DNA of 16,966 bases from Myxococcota bacterium. GTDB taxonomy: Bacteria; Myxococcota_A; UBA796; UBA2385. The notes below the pieces were generated by a model. It was not told the DNA's origin. It did not search any database and saw nothing but the letters and a program-made list of their open reading frames with translations. Made by a program: the position numbers and the translations under genes. Numbering within the stretch: the first letter of the stretch is position 1; each line of letters opens with the position of its first letter. Below, piece by piece: positions 1 through 6,875 of the stretch. Location: the NCBI GenBank assembly GCA_044344255.1, contig JBIJDH010000053.1, forward strand, positions 1 to 16,966, in the 5' to 3' direction.

Positions 1-59
1 GCGCAGCCTCGGCGTGGCCGCGCGTCGACGGGACCCTACAGGTCCGTGTGGGTCGGGTC

Positions 60-100
60 ATTGACAGGCGGGGCCAAAGAATTGACCGAACTGGCCAAAG
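60..100 (-). promoter_or_regulatory. Tandem direct repeat ATTGAC-N6-GGCCAAAG x2 (21-bp period), putative AraC/XylS-type activator site
   Basis: ATTGACaggcggGGCCAAAG at 60-79 and ATTGACcgaactGGCCAAAG at 81-100, exactly two helical turns apart. It lies about 50 bp downstream of the AraC-family gene. Tandem sites with a ~21-bp period are typical of AraC/XylS proteins. Confidence 0.65.
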
Positions 101-148
101 TGGACCTCAGGCCGCCCGCCGCCTACGCTCCCCGCACCCGCGAGGCCC

Positions 149-1162
149 TCAACCCGCCGCCCGCTCCCTCCGGAACGCCGCCGGGGTCGTCCCGGTCCAA
201 CCGCGGAAGGCCCGATGGAACGCGCTCACCTCCGCGTACCCGAGCGCGAAGGCCACCTCCGAGATGGCCAGCTCGGGGTCCGCGAGGAGCGTCCGGGCCA
301 GCTCCTGGCGTACGGCGGCCACGAGGTCGAGGTACGTCGTCTGACACTCGGCGATGCGCCGCCGGAAGGTCCGCGCCCCCATGCCCACCCGCGCGGCGAC
401 GAGCTCCGCGCTCGGAGTCCCGTTCGGGAGCGCGTCGGCGATCCGGGACCGGACGAGCTGGAGGAACCGGTCCGGCGGCGCCGACGGGAGCGACACGAGG
501 TGGGCGTCCAACACCGCGACGAGCTCCGGATCCGCGCCGAAGCACGGGAGGTCGAGGTGCGCACGATCGAAGACCAGCGCCTCGACCGGCTGCCCGAAGC
601 GCACCGGCGCCTCGAAGATCCGCGCGTGCTCGGTCACGGACGGAGGGGCGGCGTGGGCGAACGTCACCTCCCGGAGCGTGAAGCCCGCGCCGGCCTGGCG
701 CCGCGCACTGAGGAACACCGCGGCGAACGCCCGCTCGGAGAGCGCGCGGGTCACCTCGGGCGTCCCCGGATCGGGGGTGTGACAGAGGCGGACCCCGTCC
801 CCGTCCTCCTCCAACCAGAGCATGGCCTCCCCGTGGTAGAGGTGCAGGAAGCGCAGGAGCCGCCGGAGTCCCTCCCCGATGGTGGCGCTCGCAAACAACG
901 CCTGTCCGAGCACGGACGGCAGCGGCGCCTGCAGCGTCAGCTCGGCCATGTGCAGGCCGAAGTCGGGATCACCGGCCCCGCGGAGCGCCTCGCCGACCAG
1001 GCGCACCAGCCGCGCATGGGAGATCCGGAGGTCGGCATTACCAAGGTCCTCGAAGCGGAGCCCCGCCGCGGCGAGTATCGGACCCGGCTCGAGGTCGTAG
1101 CTGAGCGCGGCGAGCACGAAGGCCTGGACGTCGCGGATCGAGACGGCATCGCGGCCGCTCAA
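149..1162 (-). CDS. AraC-family transcriptional regulator (N-terminal ligand-binding domain + C-terminal double HTH), 337 aa
   Basis: C-terminal AraC signature 'RQELARTLLADPELAISEVAFALGYAEVSAFHRAFRGWTGTTPAAFR'. The motifs 'GDPDFGLHMAE' and 'V.FAHAAP...HARIFEAPVRFGQ' are typical of the ~330-aa subfamily. TTG start with GGAGG 5 nt upstream and no alternative in-frame start before the upstream stop. Confidence 0.95.
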   Translation of the reverse strand: MSGRDAVSIRDVQAFVLAALSYDLEPGPILAAAGLRFEDLGNADLRISHARLVRLVGEALRGAGDPDFGLHMAELTLQAPLPSVLGQALFASATIGEGLRRLLRFLHLYHGEAMLWLEEDGDGVRLCHTPDPGTPEVTRALSERAFAAVFLSARRQAGAGFTLREVTFAHAAPPSVTEHARIFEAPVRFGQPVEALVFDRAHLDLPCFGADPELVAVLDAHLVSLPSAPPDRFLQLVRSRIADALPNGTPSAELVAARVGMGARTFRRRIAECQTTYLDLVAAVRQELARTLLADPELAISEVAFALGYAEVSAFHRAFRGWTGTTPAAFRRERAAG

Positions 1163-1454
1163 ACCCGCCTCCGAGGCGCGGCGGCGGCGTCGCGGTGGTT
1201 CTGGCGCTGCCGAACAGAATGCGTGGATGCGACCACGGGAACCTCCTGCGAGGCAACGGTGCCTTTACGCGGAGGCATTATCGCAAGGTGCGCACAACGC
1301 AAGGTCAGGACTGGACCGCAGGGTCGCGGCCGAGCGTCTGGCCGCGGACCGGCTCAGGGCAGGGCGCGGAGCCGGACACCTGGCCGGCGAAACAGACCGA
1401 AGAGCGCCGCGGGCTCGCCCCCGGGAGAGGAAGGTGACTACTCTGTACAGACCG

Positions 1455-2039
1455 TCAGAGCGAGCACTCCACCTGCACCTTCATCGCGTAGCAGCACCAG
1501 AGCTCGTCCTTGTCACCCGTGACCTCTGCGGCCTCCGCCGGCGAGAGGGGCCCGCAGACCGTGCTGACGTCGATGTCGCAGTAGCCGTCGAGGACCGTGC
1601 CCTCGAAGGCTCCCTCGACGATGGCGTCGTAGACCACCTCCTCCCATTGATGCGCGCCGTCGATGCACTCGTTGAAGTCTCGCTCGAAGCCCCAGACGCT
1701 GCAGGAGAAGAAGCGGACGGTCTCCTCGCCGTCGTACAGAGAGGCCACATCGAATTCGGCGATCACCGCGTCGAGGTCCTTCGCCTTCCAATCCTTGTCG
1801 CACTCGCCGTACTCGAAGCAGCCCACGGAGTCGGCGCAGTCTGGATCGTCGCAGTCCGCGGGACCGTCCTCATCGTTGTCCTCGCCATCCCAACACCAGA
1901 CCCCCTCCTCGGAGGACGGGGGCGCCGGGGTGGCGACCTCTGGGGAGCCTTCTCCCGTCGTTTCGACCTCCGCGGGGGTCCCCTTGTCGTGGCTACAGCC
2001 GGCGAGGAGCAGGGACAGGACGAGGGTGTGGGTTTTCAT
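1455..2039 (-). CDS. Cys/acid-rich putative lipoprotein, 194 aa
   Basis: ATG at 2039 gives MKTHTLVLSLLLAG|C (signal peptide + lipobox). A Pro/Thr/Glu linker follows, then one 'CWDGEDNDEDGPADCDDPDC' myxobacterial-type Cys/Asp module. There are 12 Cys after the lipid Cys. Confidence 0.8.
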   Translation of the reverse strand: MKTHTLVLSLLLAGCSHDKGTPAEVETTGEGSPEVATPAPPSSEEGVWCWDGEDNDEDGPADCDDPDCADSVGCFEYGECDKDWKAKDLDAVIAEFDVASLYDGEETVRFFSCSVWGFERDFNECIDGAHQWEEVVYDAIVEGAFEGTVLDGYCDIDVSTVCGPLSPAEAAEVTGDKDELWCCYAMKVQVECSL

Positions 2040-2423
2040 CTGATCCAGTCCGTGGCAGCGAGAGATCACCGCGAGCTTAGCCGAAACGAGCGCGGCGCGG
2101 ACGAGAGGGATGAGGGCCCTCGCGGAAGGGAGCATCCCCCGGGTCCGGTCCCTCCAGGTACGCTTCAGGCCCGGTCTGGAGGACTCACCACGACGGACCT
2201 GTCCGGGTGCCGCCTGAGCCGGTCCCGCGCGAGGGGAGTCCGACCGACCGGGGACCGAGCGCCGCCTGCCCCCGTTCCTGTAGTTGATTCATGTCCTTCC
2301 TCTTTCGCCTCATGACGCTCTGCCGGTTTGGGAGCCGCATCATCGTTCAGCTCGCGATCACCTCAGCCGCCCCGTGTCCCTCGCCAGCTCGCTACCAGTT
2401 TGTAGGTGTTAAATAACCATCCC

Positions 2424-2451
2424 TGGCACCGAACCGGTGGCACCGAACCGG
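2424..2451. repeat. Perfect 14-bp tandem duplication TGGCACCGAACCGG x2
   Basis: Copies at 2424-2437 and 2438-2451 in intergenic DNA. Confidence 0.85.
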
Positions 2452-2626
2452 GTGCTCTCGGGTGGCGATGAGGTCGAGACTCACCACTTCAGCCTCCGCT
2501 TCATCGTGGGGCGGACGCAGGGAACGGCGTCGGGGGCGCACCATGTGCAACCTGGAACGCGCCCAGGCGTGAATGGGAGAGTCCCGACCTCGCCGACCGA
2601 ATCCCGTCCCCGCTGACCGGACGGCC

Positions 2627-2839
2627 CTACTTGGCGTCCGCCGGAGGGACGACCGGGGCGTCGTGGGAAGGTCGATGGTCGTAGTTGGGATGGAGCTTCA
2701 AGTCAGGCGTCAGGATGCCGATCTCGACGAGGAAAGCCGTCTGCTCCTCGGCCGACATCGCCGCCCATCGGGCACGCACGTATGCCTCGTCTTCAGCGTA
2801 GGGGTTGTGGCTGTAGGGGTTAACGGCAATGCCGTTCAC
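2627..2839 (-). CDS. Small hypothetical protein (<=70 aa), start uncertain
   Basis: Protein-like composition with a helical core 'EAYVRARWAAMSAEEQTAFLVEIGILTPDLKLHPNY' and GC-rich third positions. The GTG start lies inside the left inverted repeat of the adjacent element, and there is no clear RBS. Confidence 0.45.
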   Translation of the reverse strand: MNGIAVNPYSHNPYAEDEAYVRARWAAMSAEEQTAFLVEIGILTPDLKLHPNYDHRPSHDAPVVPPADAK

Positions 2840-3074
2840 TTAGTGGAGTTCAAGCGGTTGTTGGCATGACTTCGGAGGATCGAAGTCGCCCCGCTGGGTC
2901 GCCCGCTATCGCCTTCCAGATCGAGGTCTTCCCGGCGGAGCAAGATCCCTGGCGGCCTCAGCGTCGACTACTCCGAGGTAAGCAGCCGTCGCGAAACGGG
3001 AGTTGATGTTGCCCTTCGCCAACGGACAAAAGCGCCGGTCTGCCGATCCTTGTCACCCTAACTGAACGGCATTG
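2827..3074. mobile_element. MITE-like / internally deleted IS4-family element, 248 bp, no transposase
   Basis: Left end CAATGCCGTTCACTTAG (2827-2843) and right end CTAACTGAACGGCATTG (3058-3074) form a 16/17 inverted match. They resemble the E. coli IS4 terminal IR (TAATGCCGATCAGTTAAG, from memory). The 10-bp flanks GGGTTAACGG / GCGTTAGCCG match 7/10 as a possible decayed target duplication. Confidence 0.7.
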
Positions 3075-3229
3075 GCGTTAGCCGAGGGGCATTGGGGCGT
3101 CCCCCGGGCCGGTCAGGCCTGCGCCATCCCCCCGATCCTGGCGCCAATTCCGCCGAGCGGAAAGGGCTTCTCGAAGGCGGTGAGCATGAAGGTCTGCGTG
3201 GAGGGGGAGGAGCATCCGGGCGCCCCCGC

Positions 3230-3721
3230 TCACCGCAGCGCTCCGCCGCTGAGCATGCCTGCGGCCTGCACCAGCCCAACCACGGTCGCCTCGATCTCGT
3301 CGAACATGCTCGCGAATCCACTCTCGGGGCCGTAATAGGGGTCTGCCACCTCGGCGCCCACCGCGCTCTGGGGATCGAAAGAGCGCAGGAGCCGGATGCG
3401 ATCGGCGGGGAAGCCGGCGGGGGCCATTCGCTGCAGCGCGCGCTCGTGGCCTCGGTCGAGGGCGAGCAGCAGGCCCGGTCGTCGGAAGTCGTCGGCGGAG
3501 ACCGCCCGCGCGAGGTGATCCAGGCGGTAACCCCGACGGGCGCCCTCTCTTCGCGCCCGGGGATCGGGCAGCTCGCCGGCATGCCAGCCGCCCATGCCGG
3601 CGGAGTCGACCCGGACCTCCTCCGAGAGCCCGGCGAGGGCGAGGTGGTGGGCCATCACAGCATGCGCGGCGGGCGAACGGCAGATGTTCCCCGTGCAGAT
3701 GAAGAGCAGGGTCGGCTTCAT
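3230..3721 (-). CDS. Low-molecular-weight protein-tyrosine phosphatase (LMW-PTP, PtpA/Wzb-like), 163 aa
   Basis: P-loop 'FICTGNICRSPAA' (C-x5-R), 'VDSAG..GWH.G..PD.R', and the catalytic 'DPYYG' loop. ATG at 3721 is preceded by GGGAGGAG. Confidence 0.95.
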   Translation of the reverse strand: MKPTLLFICTGNICRSPAAHAVMAHHLALAGLSEEVRVDSAGMGGWHAGELPDPRARREGARRGYRLDHLARAVSADDFRRPGLLLALDRGHERALQRMAPAGFPADRIRLLRSFDPQSAVGAEVADPYYGPESGFASMFDEIEATVVGLVQAAGMLSGGALR

Positions 3722-4005
3722 CAGGGTTCTCCTCCCAGGGTGGCACGAGCGGCGACGACCGACTCCAGCCACCCCCAGCCCGAGCCTCGTATCCTCCCGC
3801 CACCGCTGGGCCCGTGCCCCCATCCGTGCGGGTCCCTATCCGGGATTCTCGCCAACTCCTGGAGGCTCCGGGGACCACCCTGTCCTGTCAGGGACGACGG
3901 CCAATCGGGCCCGGAGCCACCGCCGCAGCCGCGCATTCGCAGGCTCGATAGAGTGGCCAGTCGGGAGAGCCGGAGCGCGGCGCGTTGAATATCTACAGCG
4001 ATCCG

Positions 4006-4614
4006 TCAAAAGCTTCGGCTCACCACCTCGACGATCCGCGCCCACGACGGGTCCGATTGGATGTCCAGACCGCCGAAGGTCCCGAGACCGCGGCCCCGGA
4101 CGAGGAGGTAATTGATGGCGGCCGAGAACAGGGCCGCGAGGATGACTTGATCGTCACTCTGCAGCAGCCCTGCCTCGGCGAGGAGCCCCATCAGCTCTTG
4201 GGAGCGCGCCTCCCGCACCCGCTCGAGGGCGAGGGTGAGCTCGTTCCGATCGACCATCTCATAGGCGAGGAGCTGGAGCGTGGCCGGGCGGGCCCGGAGG
4301 CCGGCGACGTAGCGGCCGAAGACCTCGCAGGCGGCGTCTCTCCCGGAGGGCGCGCGGAGGGCCACCCGGTCGGGGCCAAGCAGCTCGTCCACGGTGGGCC
4401 AGAAGTCGCGCTCCGCCCCGCAGCGCTCGAGCAGGCCCGGCAGCCCACCGAAATAGCGGTAGATGAGCACCTTGTCGGCGCCCGCCCGCTCCGCGACGGT
4501 GTTGACCCCGATGGCCGCGACCCCCTGCTCATTGAGGAGCTGCCAGGCGGCGTCGATGAGGCGCTGCTCGGTCTCGATGCGCCGTGCCTGTTTCAGGGTT
4601 AATTTCAGGGTCAA
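4006..4614 (-). CDS. TetR/AcrR-family transcriptional regulator, about 202 aa
   Basis: N-terminal HTH 'TEQRLIDAAWQLLNEQGVAAIGVNTVAERAGADKVLIYRYFGGL'. TTG at 4614 sits one base after the upstream stop, with GAGGAGGAG about 7 nt upstream. Confidence 0.92.
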   Translation of the reverse strand: MTLKLTLKQARRIETEQRLIDAAWQLLNEQGVAAIGVNTVAERAGADKVLIYRYFGGLPGLLERCGAERDFWPTVDELLGPDRVALRAPSGRDAACEVFGRYVAGLRARPATLQLLAYEMVDRNELTLALERVREARSQELMGLLAEAGLLQSDDQVILAALFSAAINYLLVRGRGLGTFGGLDIQSDPSWARIVEVVSRSF

Positions 4615-4615
4615 T

Positions 4616-5182
4616 TCAGGGCTCCTCCTCGCCGAAGCGGACTGTGACCCGGAGATCGAGCAGGCGCCACGCCGGGCCGGCGCTGCGCTGCACCTCCAGG
4701 GCCCCCGCCCCGGTGGAGGAGCGGCCGAGGGCGAGCTGAAGCCCGGGGCGCCACTCGAGGGTGGAGCGCCCCCAGCCGACCCCAACGGGGAGGCTCAGAT
4801 CCACCCGGGACCAGGGCGCGTTTCGGTTGAAGGACAGCTCCGCTCCGAGGCCCGTCTCTGCCCGAAGGGGCCCCCAGGCGGTGGGCAGGGGCGGCCTCCA
4901 GCGGGCATCGGCCCCCGCGGTGGGGAGCCAGGCCCCTGTCGTGGGACTGCCGTCGAGCCCGACCGTGGCCTGGAGCGCGAGCCCGGCGGCTTGGAGGGGC
5001 GCCGGGCGCCAGCGCAGGGCGCCGCCCACCCCGACGAGCGGCAGGCGGCGCTGGTCGGTGAAAGCCCCTACCCGGGCCACCTCCGTCACCTGGCCCCCGT
5101 GGAGAAATGCGGCGCCATCGAGGTCTGCGGCCTGGCTCGATGAACAGGAGAGGCCCACCAGGAGCACGAGCAGGGGGCTCAA
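4616..5182 (-). CDS. Hypothetical exported protein, possibly a small outer-membrane beta-barrel, about 188 aa
   Basis: TTG start overlaps the upstream stop (TTGA). Hydrophobic signal 'MSPLLVLLVGLSCSSSQA'. Alternating beta-strand-like segments (VGVGGALRW, AGADARW, TGLGAELSF, LSLPVGVGW, LDLRVTVRF). It exactly fills the gap between two coupled genes. Confidence 0.7.
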   Translation of the reverse strand: MSPLLVLLVGLSCSSSQAADLDGAAFLHGGQVTEVARVGAFTDQRRLPLVGVGGALRWRPAPLQAAGLALQATVGLDGSPTTGAWLPTAGADARWRPPLPTAWGPLRAETGLGAELSFNRNAPWSRVDLSLPVGVGWGRSTLEWRPGLQLALGRSSTGAGALEVQRSAGPAWRLLDLRVTVRFGEEEP

Positions 5183-6330
5183 AGGGTCACCCACTCGACC
5201 GGCCGGCGGGGGCTGGGCCCGACCTCGGACCACGGGAAGCCCACTCGGAACAGCATCTGGGCGGCCCGCGCTCCCGTCCAGGCCTGGAGTACGTCGCCGA
5301 AGCGGGGCTCGTGGCCGAGCTCGATCTCCCGGTCTCGCTGTTCGGCGAGCTGGTTGAGGGGCTGCATGGCGAGGCCGAGGGTGGTGGCGTGGAGGTGCAG
5401 GCGCTGCCAGACCCGGCCGACCGCGAGCTGCTGGCGGCGATCGAGGCGGTCTGTGGAGCTGAGGATCCCAAAGGCCGCGCCGGTCGTCTCTCGCGTCTCG
5501 GTGCCGCGAATCCAGTAGCTGCCTGCCTTGTCGGCGCTTGGAGGCGCCATACACTGCCCGGCACGCTTGGTGAGCGCCCCATTGCCGGTGGCGTCCATCG
5601 TGAGCCCGTCCCGGTGCTGGAGGATGTCGTCGGGGGTCTGTCGCCACCACCGATGGCTGGCTTCGTTCATCTCTGCGTCGCCGACGATGGCCTCCGTGGC
5701 GGCGATGGTCTCTCGGCGGAAGGTGGCCCGATCGCCCGTGGAGGTGAGCCACTGGAGCTCCACCCCGTCGTCCACGAGCGAGCGGAGCTCCTCCAGGACA
5801 TCGTCAGGGAGCGCCTCATCGAGGTACTCTCCCCGGTTGGTGTGCCGGTCCGGGATCGCCTCGAAGTGCGGCGAGCGCTCGGGCTCGGCGGACACGAGCG
5901 AGACGGTGGCCACCCAGTCCGGGTCCCCCTCGGAGGGCATCGTCTGCACCGCGGCGGACCGACCCGCGGCGGCCGCGCCCAGGACGAGGTTCTCGAGGGC
6001 GCAGCCCAGGCCGATCACGAGCTCTCGGGAGGGGCTGTCCATCGCCCCGAGCCACTTGTCGGGGTCCACAAAGAGGTCGATCTGGGTGGCCGAGATCGCA
6101 AACAGCCAGGGCTGGGTGTTGTGGGGGTTGGCGGCGAGGATCGCCGCCGCGACGGCCGCCACCTCCGGGGGCTGCCCGCCCGTGTCCAAGGCCCAGGGCG
6201 CATAAGCGTCGGCGACCCGTTCGTCCCACTGGCCGCAGGGAGAGCAGCCCACCACCGGGAGGAGCCCCGCAGCGGCCGCTCCTTGGAGGAGGCGACGGCG
6301 GCTGGGCAGGTTCAACAAGGGGTTGTGCAT
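5179..6330 (-). CDS. Acg-family / nitroreductase-like FMN-binding protein with twin-arginine (Tat) signal, about 383 aa
   Basis: 'AAILAANPHNTQPWLF', 'IGLGCALENL', 'AIPDRHTNRGEY', 'GRVWQRLHLHATTLGLAMQPLNQ' and 'QMLFRVG...SPRRP' match Acg-type double-nitroreductase motifs. N-terminus 'SRRRLLQGAAAAGLLPVVGC'. ATG at 6330 has GGAG upstream. Confidence 0.88.
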   Translation of the reverse strand: MHNPLLNLPSRRRLLQGAAAAGLLPVVGCSPCGQWDERVADAYAPWALDTGGQPPEVAAVAAAILAANPHNTQPWLFAISATQIDLFVDPDKWLGAMDSPSRELVIGLGCALENLVLGAAAAGRSAAVQTMPSEGDPDWVATVSLVSAEPERSPHFEAIPDRHTNRGEYLDEALPDDVLEELRSLVDDGVELQWLTSTGDRATFRRETIAATEAIVGDAEMNEASHRWWRQTPDDILQHRDGLTMDATGNGALTKRAGQCMAPPSADKAGSYWIRGTETRETTGAAFGILSSTDRLDRRQQLAVGRVWQRLHLHATTLGLAMQPLNQLAEQRDREIELGHEPRFGDVLQAWTGARAAQMLFRVGFPWSEVGPSPRRPVEWVTL

Positions 6331-6342
6331 CGGGGCTCCAAA

Positions 6343-6406
6343 GTCACTCATGGGTGACATATCATCCCTCAGGGCTGCGACAAGGGAAAAGTCACCCACA
6401 GGTGAC
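6343..6406. promoter_or_regulatory. Two 16-bp palindromic operators GTCAC-N6-GTGAC
   Basis: GTCACTCATGGGTGAC (6343-6358) and GTCACCCACAGGTGAC (6391-6406), each preceded by AAA and followed by A, 48 bp apart, directly upstream of the Acg-like gene. Confidence 0.75.
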
Positions 6407-6416
6407 AATCAGCGTC

Positions 6417-6441
6417 CAAAGATCCGAGCCAGACACCGGCG
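6417..6441. repeat. Dispersed 25-bp repeat, copy 1 (CAAAGATCCGAGCCAGACACCGGCG)
   Basis: 23/25 identical to 8677-8701 in direct orientation, and matches 8572-8591 in inverted orientation. Confidence 0.8.
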
Positions 6442-6464
6442 CAGCCGTGGACCCACAGCCACTT

Positions 6465-6497
6465 TTGACATGCAGCTTTTCCAGCATGTGGTACAAC
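6465..6497 (+). promoter_or_regulatory. Putative blaI-like promoter with overlapping inverted-repeat operator
   Basis: TTGACA at 6465-6470 and an extended -10 TG-G-TACAAC at 6489-6497. The -35/-10 spacing is 21, longer than canonical. Inverted repeat ACATGC-N10-GCATGT at 6468-6489. The ATG is only 6 nt after the -10 and has no SD. Confidence 0.5.
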
Positions 6498-6503
6498 CGC
6501 TGC

Positions 6504-6875
6504 ATGACCGATCCCCTCTCCCGACGCGAACGACAGATCATGGACCTCGCCTACCAGCTCGGCGAGTTCGCTGTCACAGACGTGCATGAGCGCCTCGCTG
6601 ACGCGCCCAGCTACTCGGCCGTGCGCGCCTTGATGGGCACGCTGGTCGAGAAGGGGCACCTGAGCCACCGGCAGGCGGGGCGGCGTTACGTCTATGCGCC
6701 GACCGTGCCAGCGGATGACGCCTCGGCCTCGGCGCTCAAGCGCCTGGTCGAGACCTTCTTCGGGGGCTCGCCGGCGCGGGCGGCGATGGCGCTCGTGGCG
6801 GAGTCGGGCATCGCGCCCGATGAGCTCGCCGCCATTGAGGCCGCCATCGCGCGCGCCAAGGTCGAGGGCCGATGA
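6504..6875 (+). CDS. BlaI/MecI/CopY-family transcriptional repressor, 123 aa
   Basis: 'LSRRERQIMDLAYQLGE..V.DV..RL.D.PSYSAVRALM..LVEKGHL.H...GRRYVY.P' winged helix and 'LKRLVETFFGGS' dimerisation motif. Confidence 0.95.
   Translation: MTDPLSRRERQIMDLAYQLGEFAVTDVHERLADAPSYSAVRALMGTLVEKGHLSHRQAGRRYVYAPTVPADDASASALKRLVETFFGGSPARAAMALVAESGIAPDELAAIEAAIARAKVEGR

Noticed and set aside
2185..2292. 35-aa minus-strand ORF (MNQLQERG...) with an AGGAAGGA SD-like sequence
   Set aside because: It is short and low-complexity with no recognisable motif, so it cannot be supported without expression data.
215..2315. Long plus-strand ORFs 46-681, 215-1522 and 1227-2315
   Set aside because: They are antisense to the well-supported AraC and lipoprotein genes, Arg/Gly/Pro-rich, and have no motifs.
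2424..2456. Sigma-54 promoter suggested by TGGCAC
   Set aside because: Neither copy has GC at the required GG-N10-GC spacing.
6343..6406. CRP/FNR site interpretation of the palindromes
   Set aside because: The half-sites are in the opposite arrangement to CRP (TGTGA-N6-TCACA) and do not match FNR (TTGAT-N4-ATCAA).
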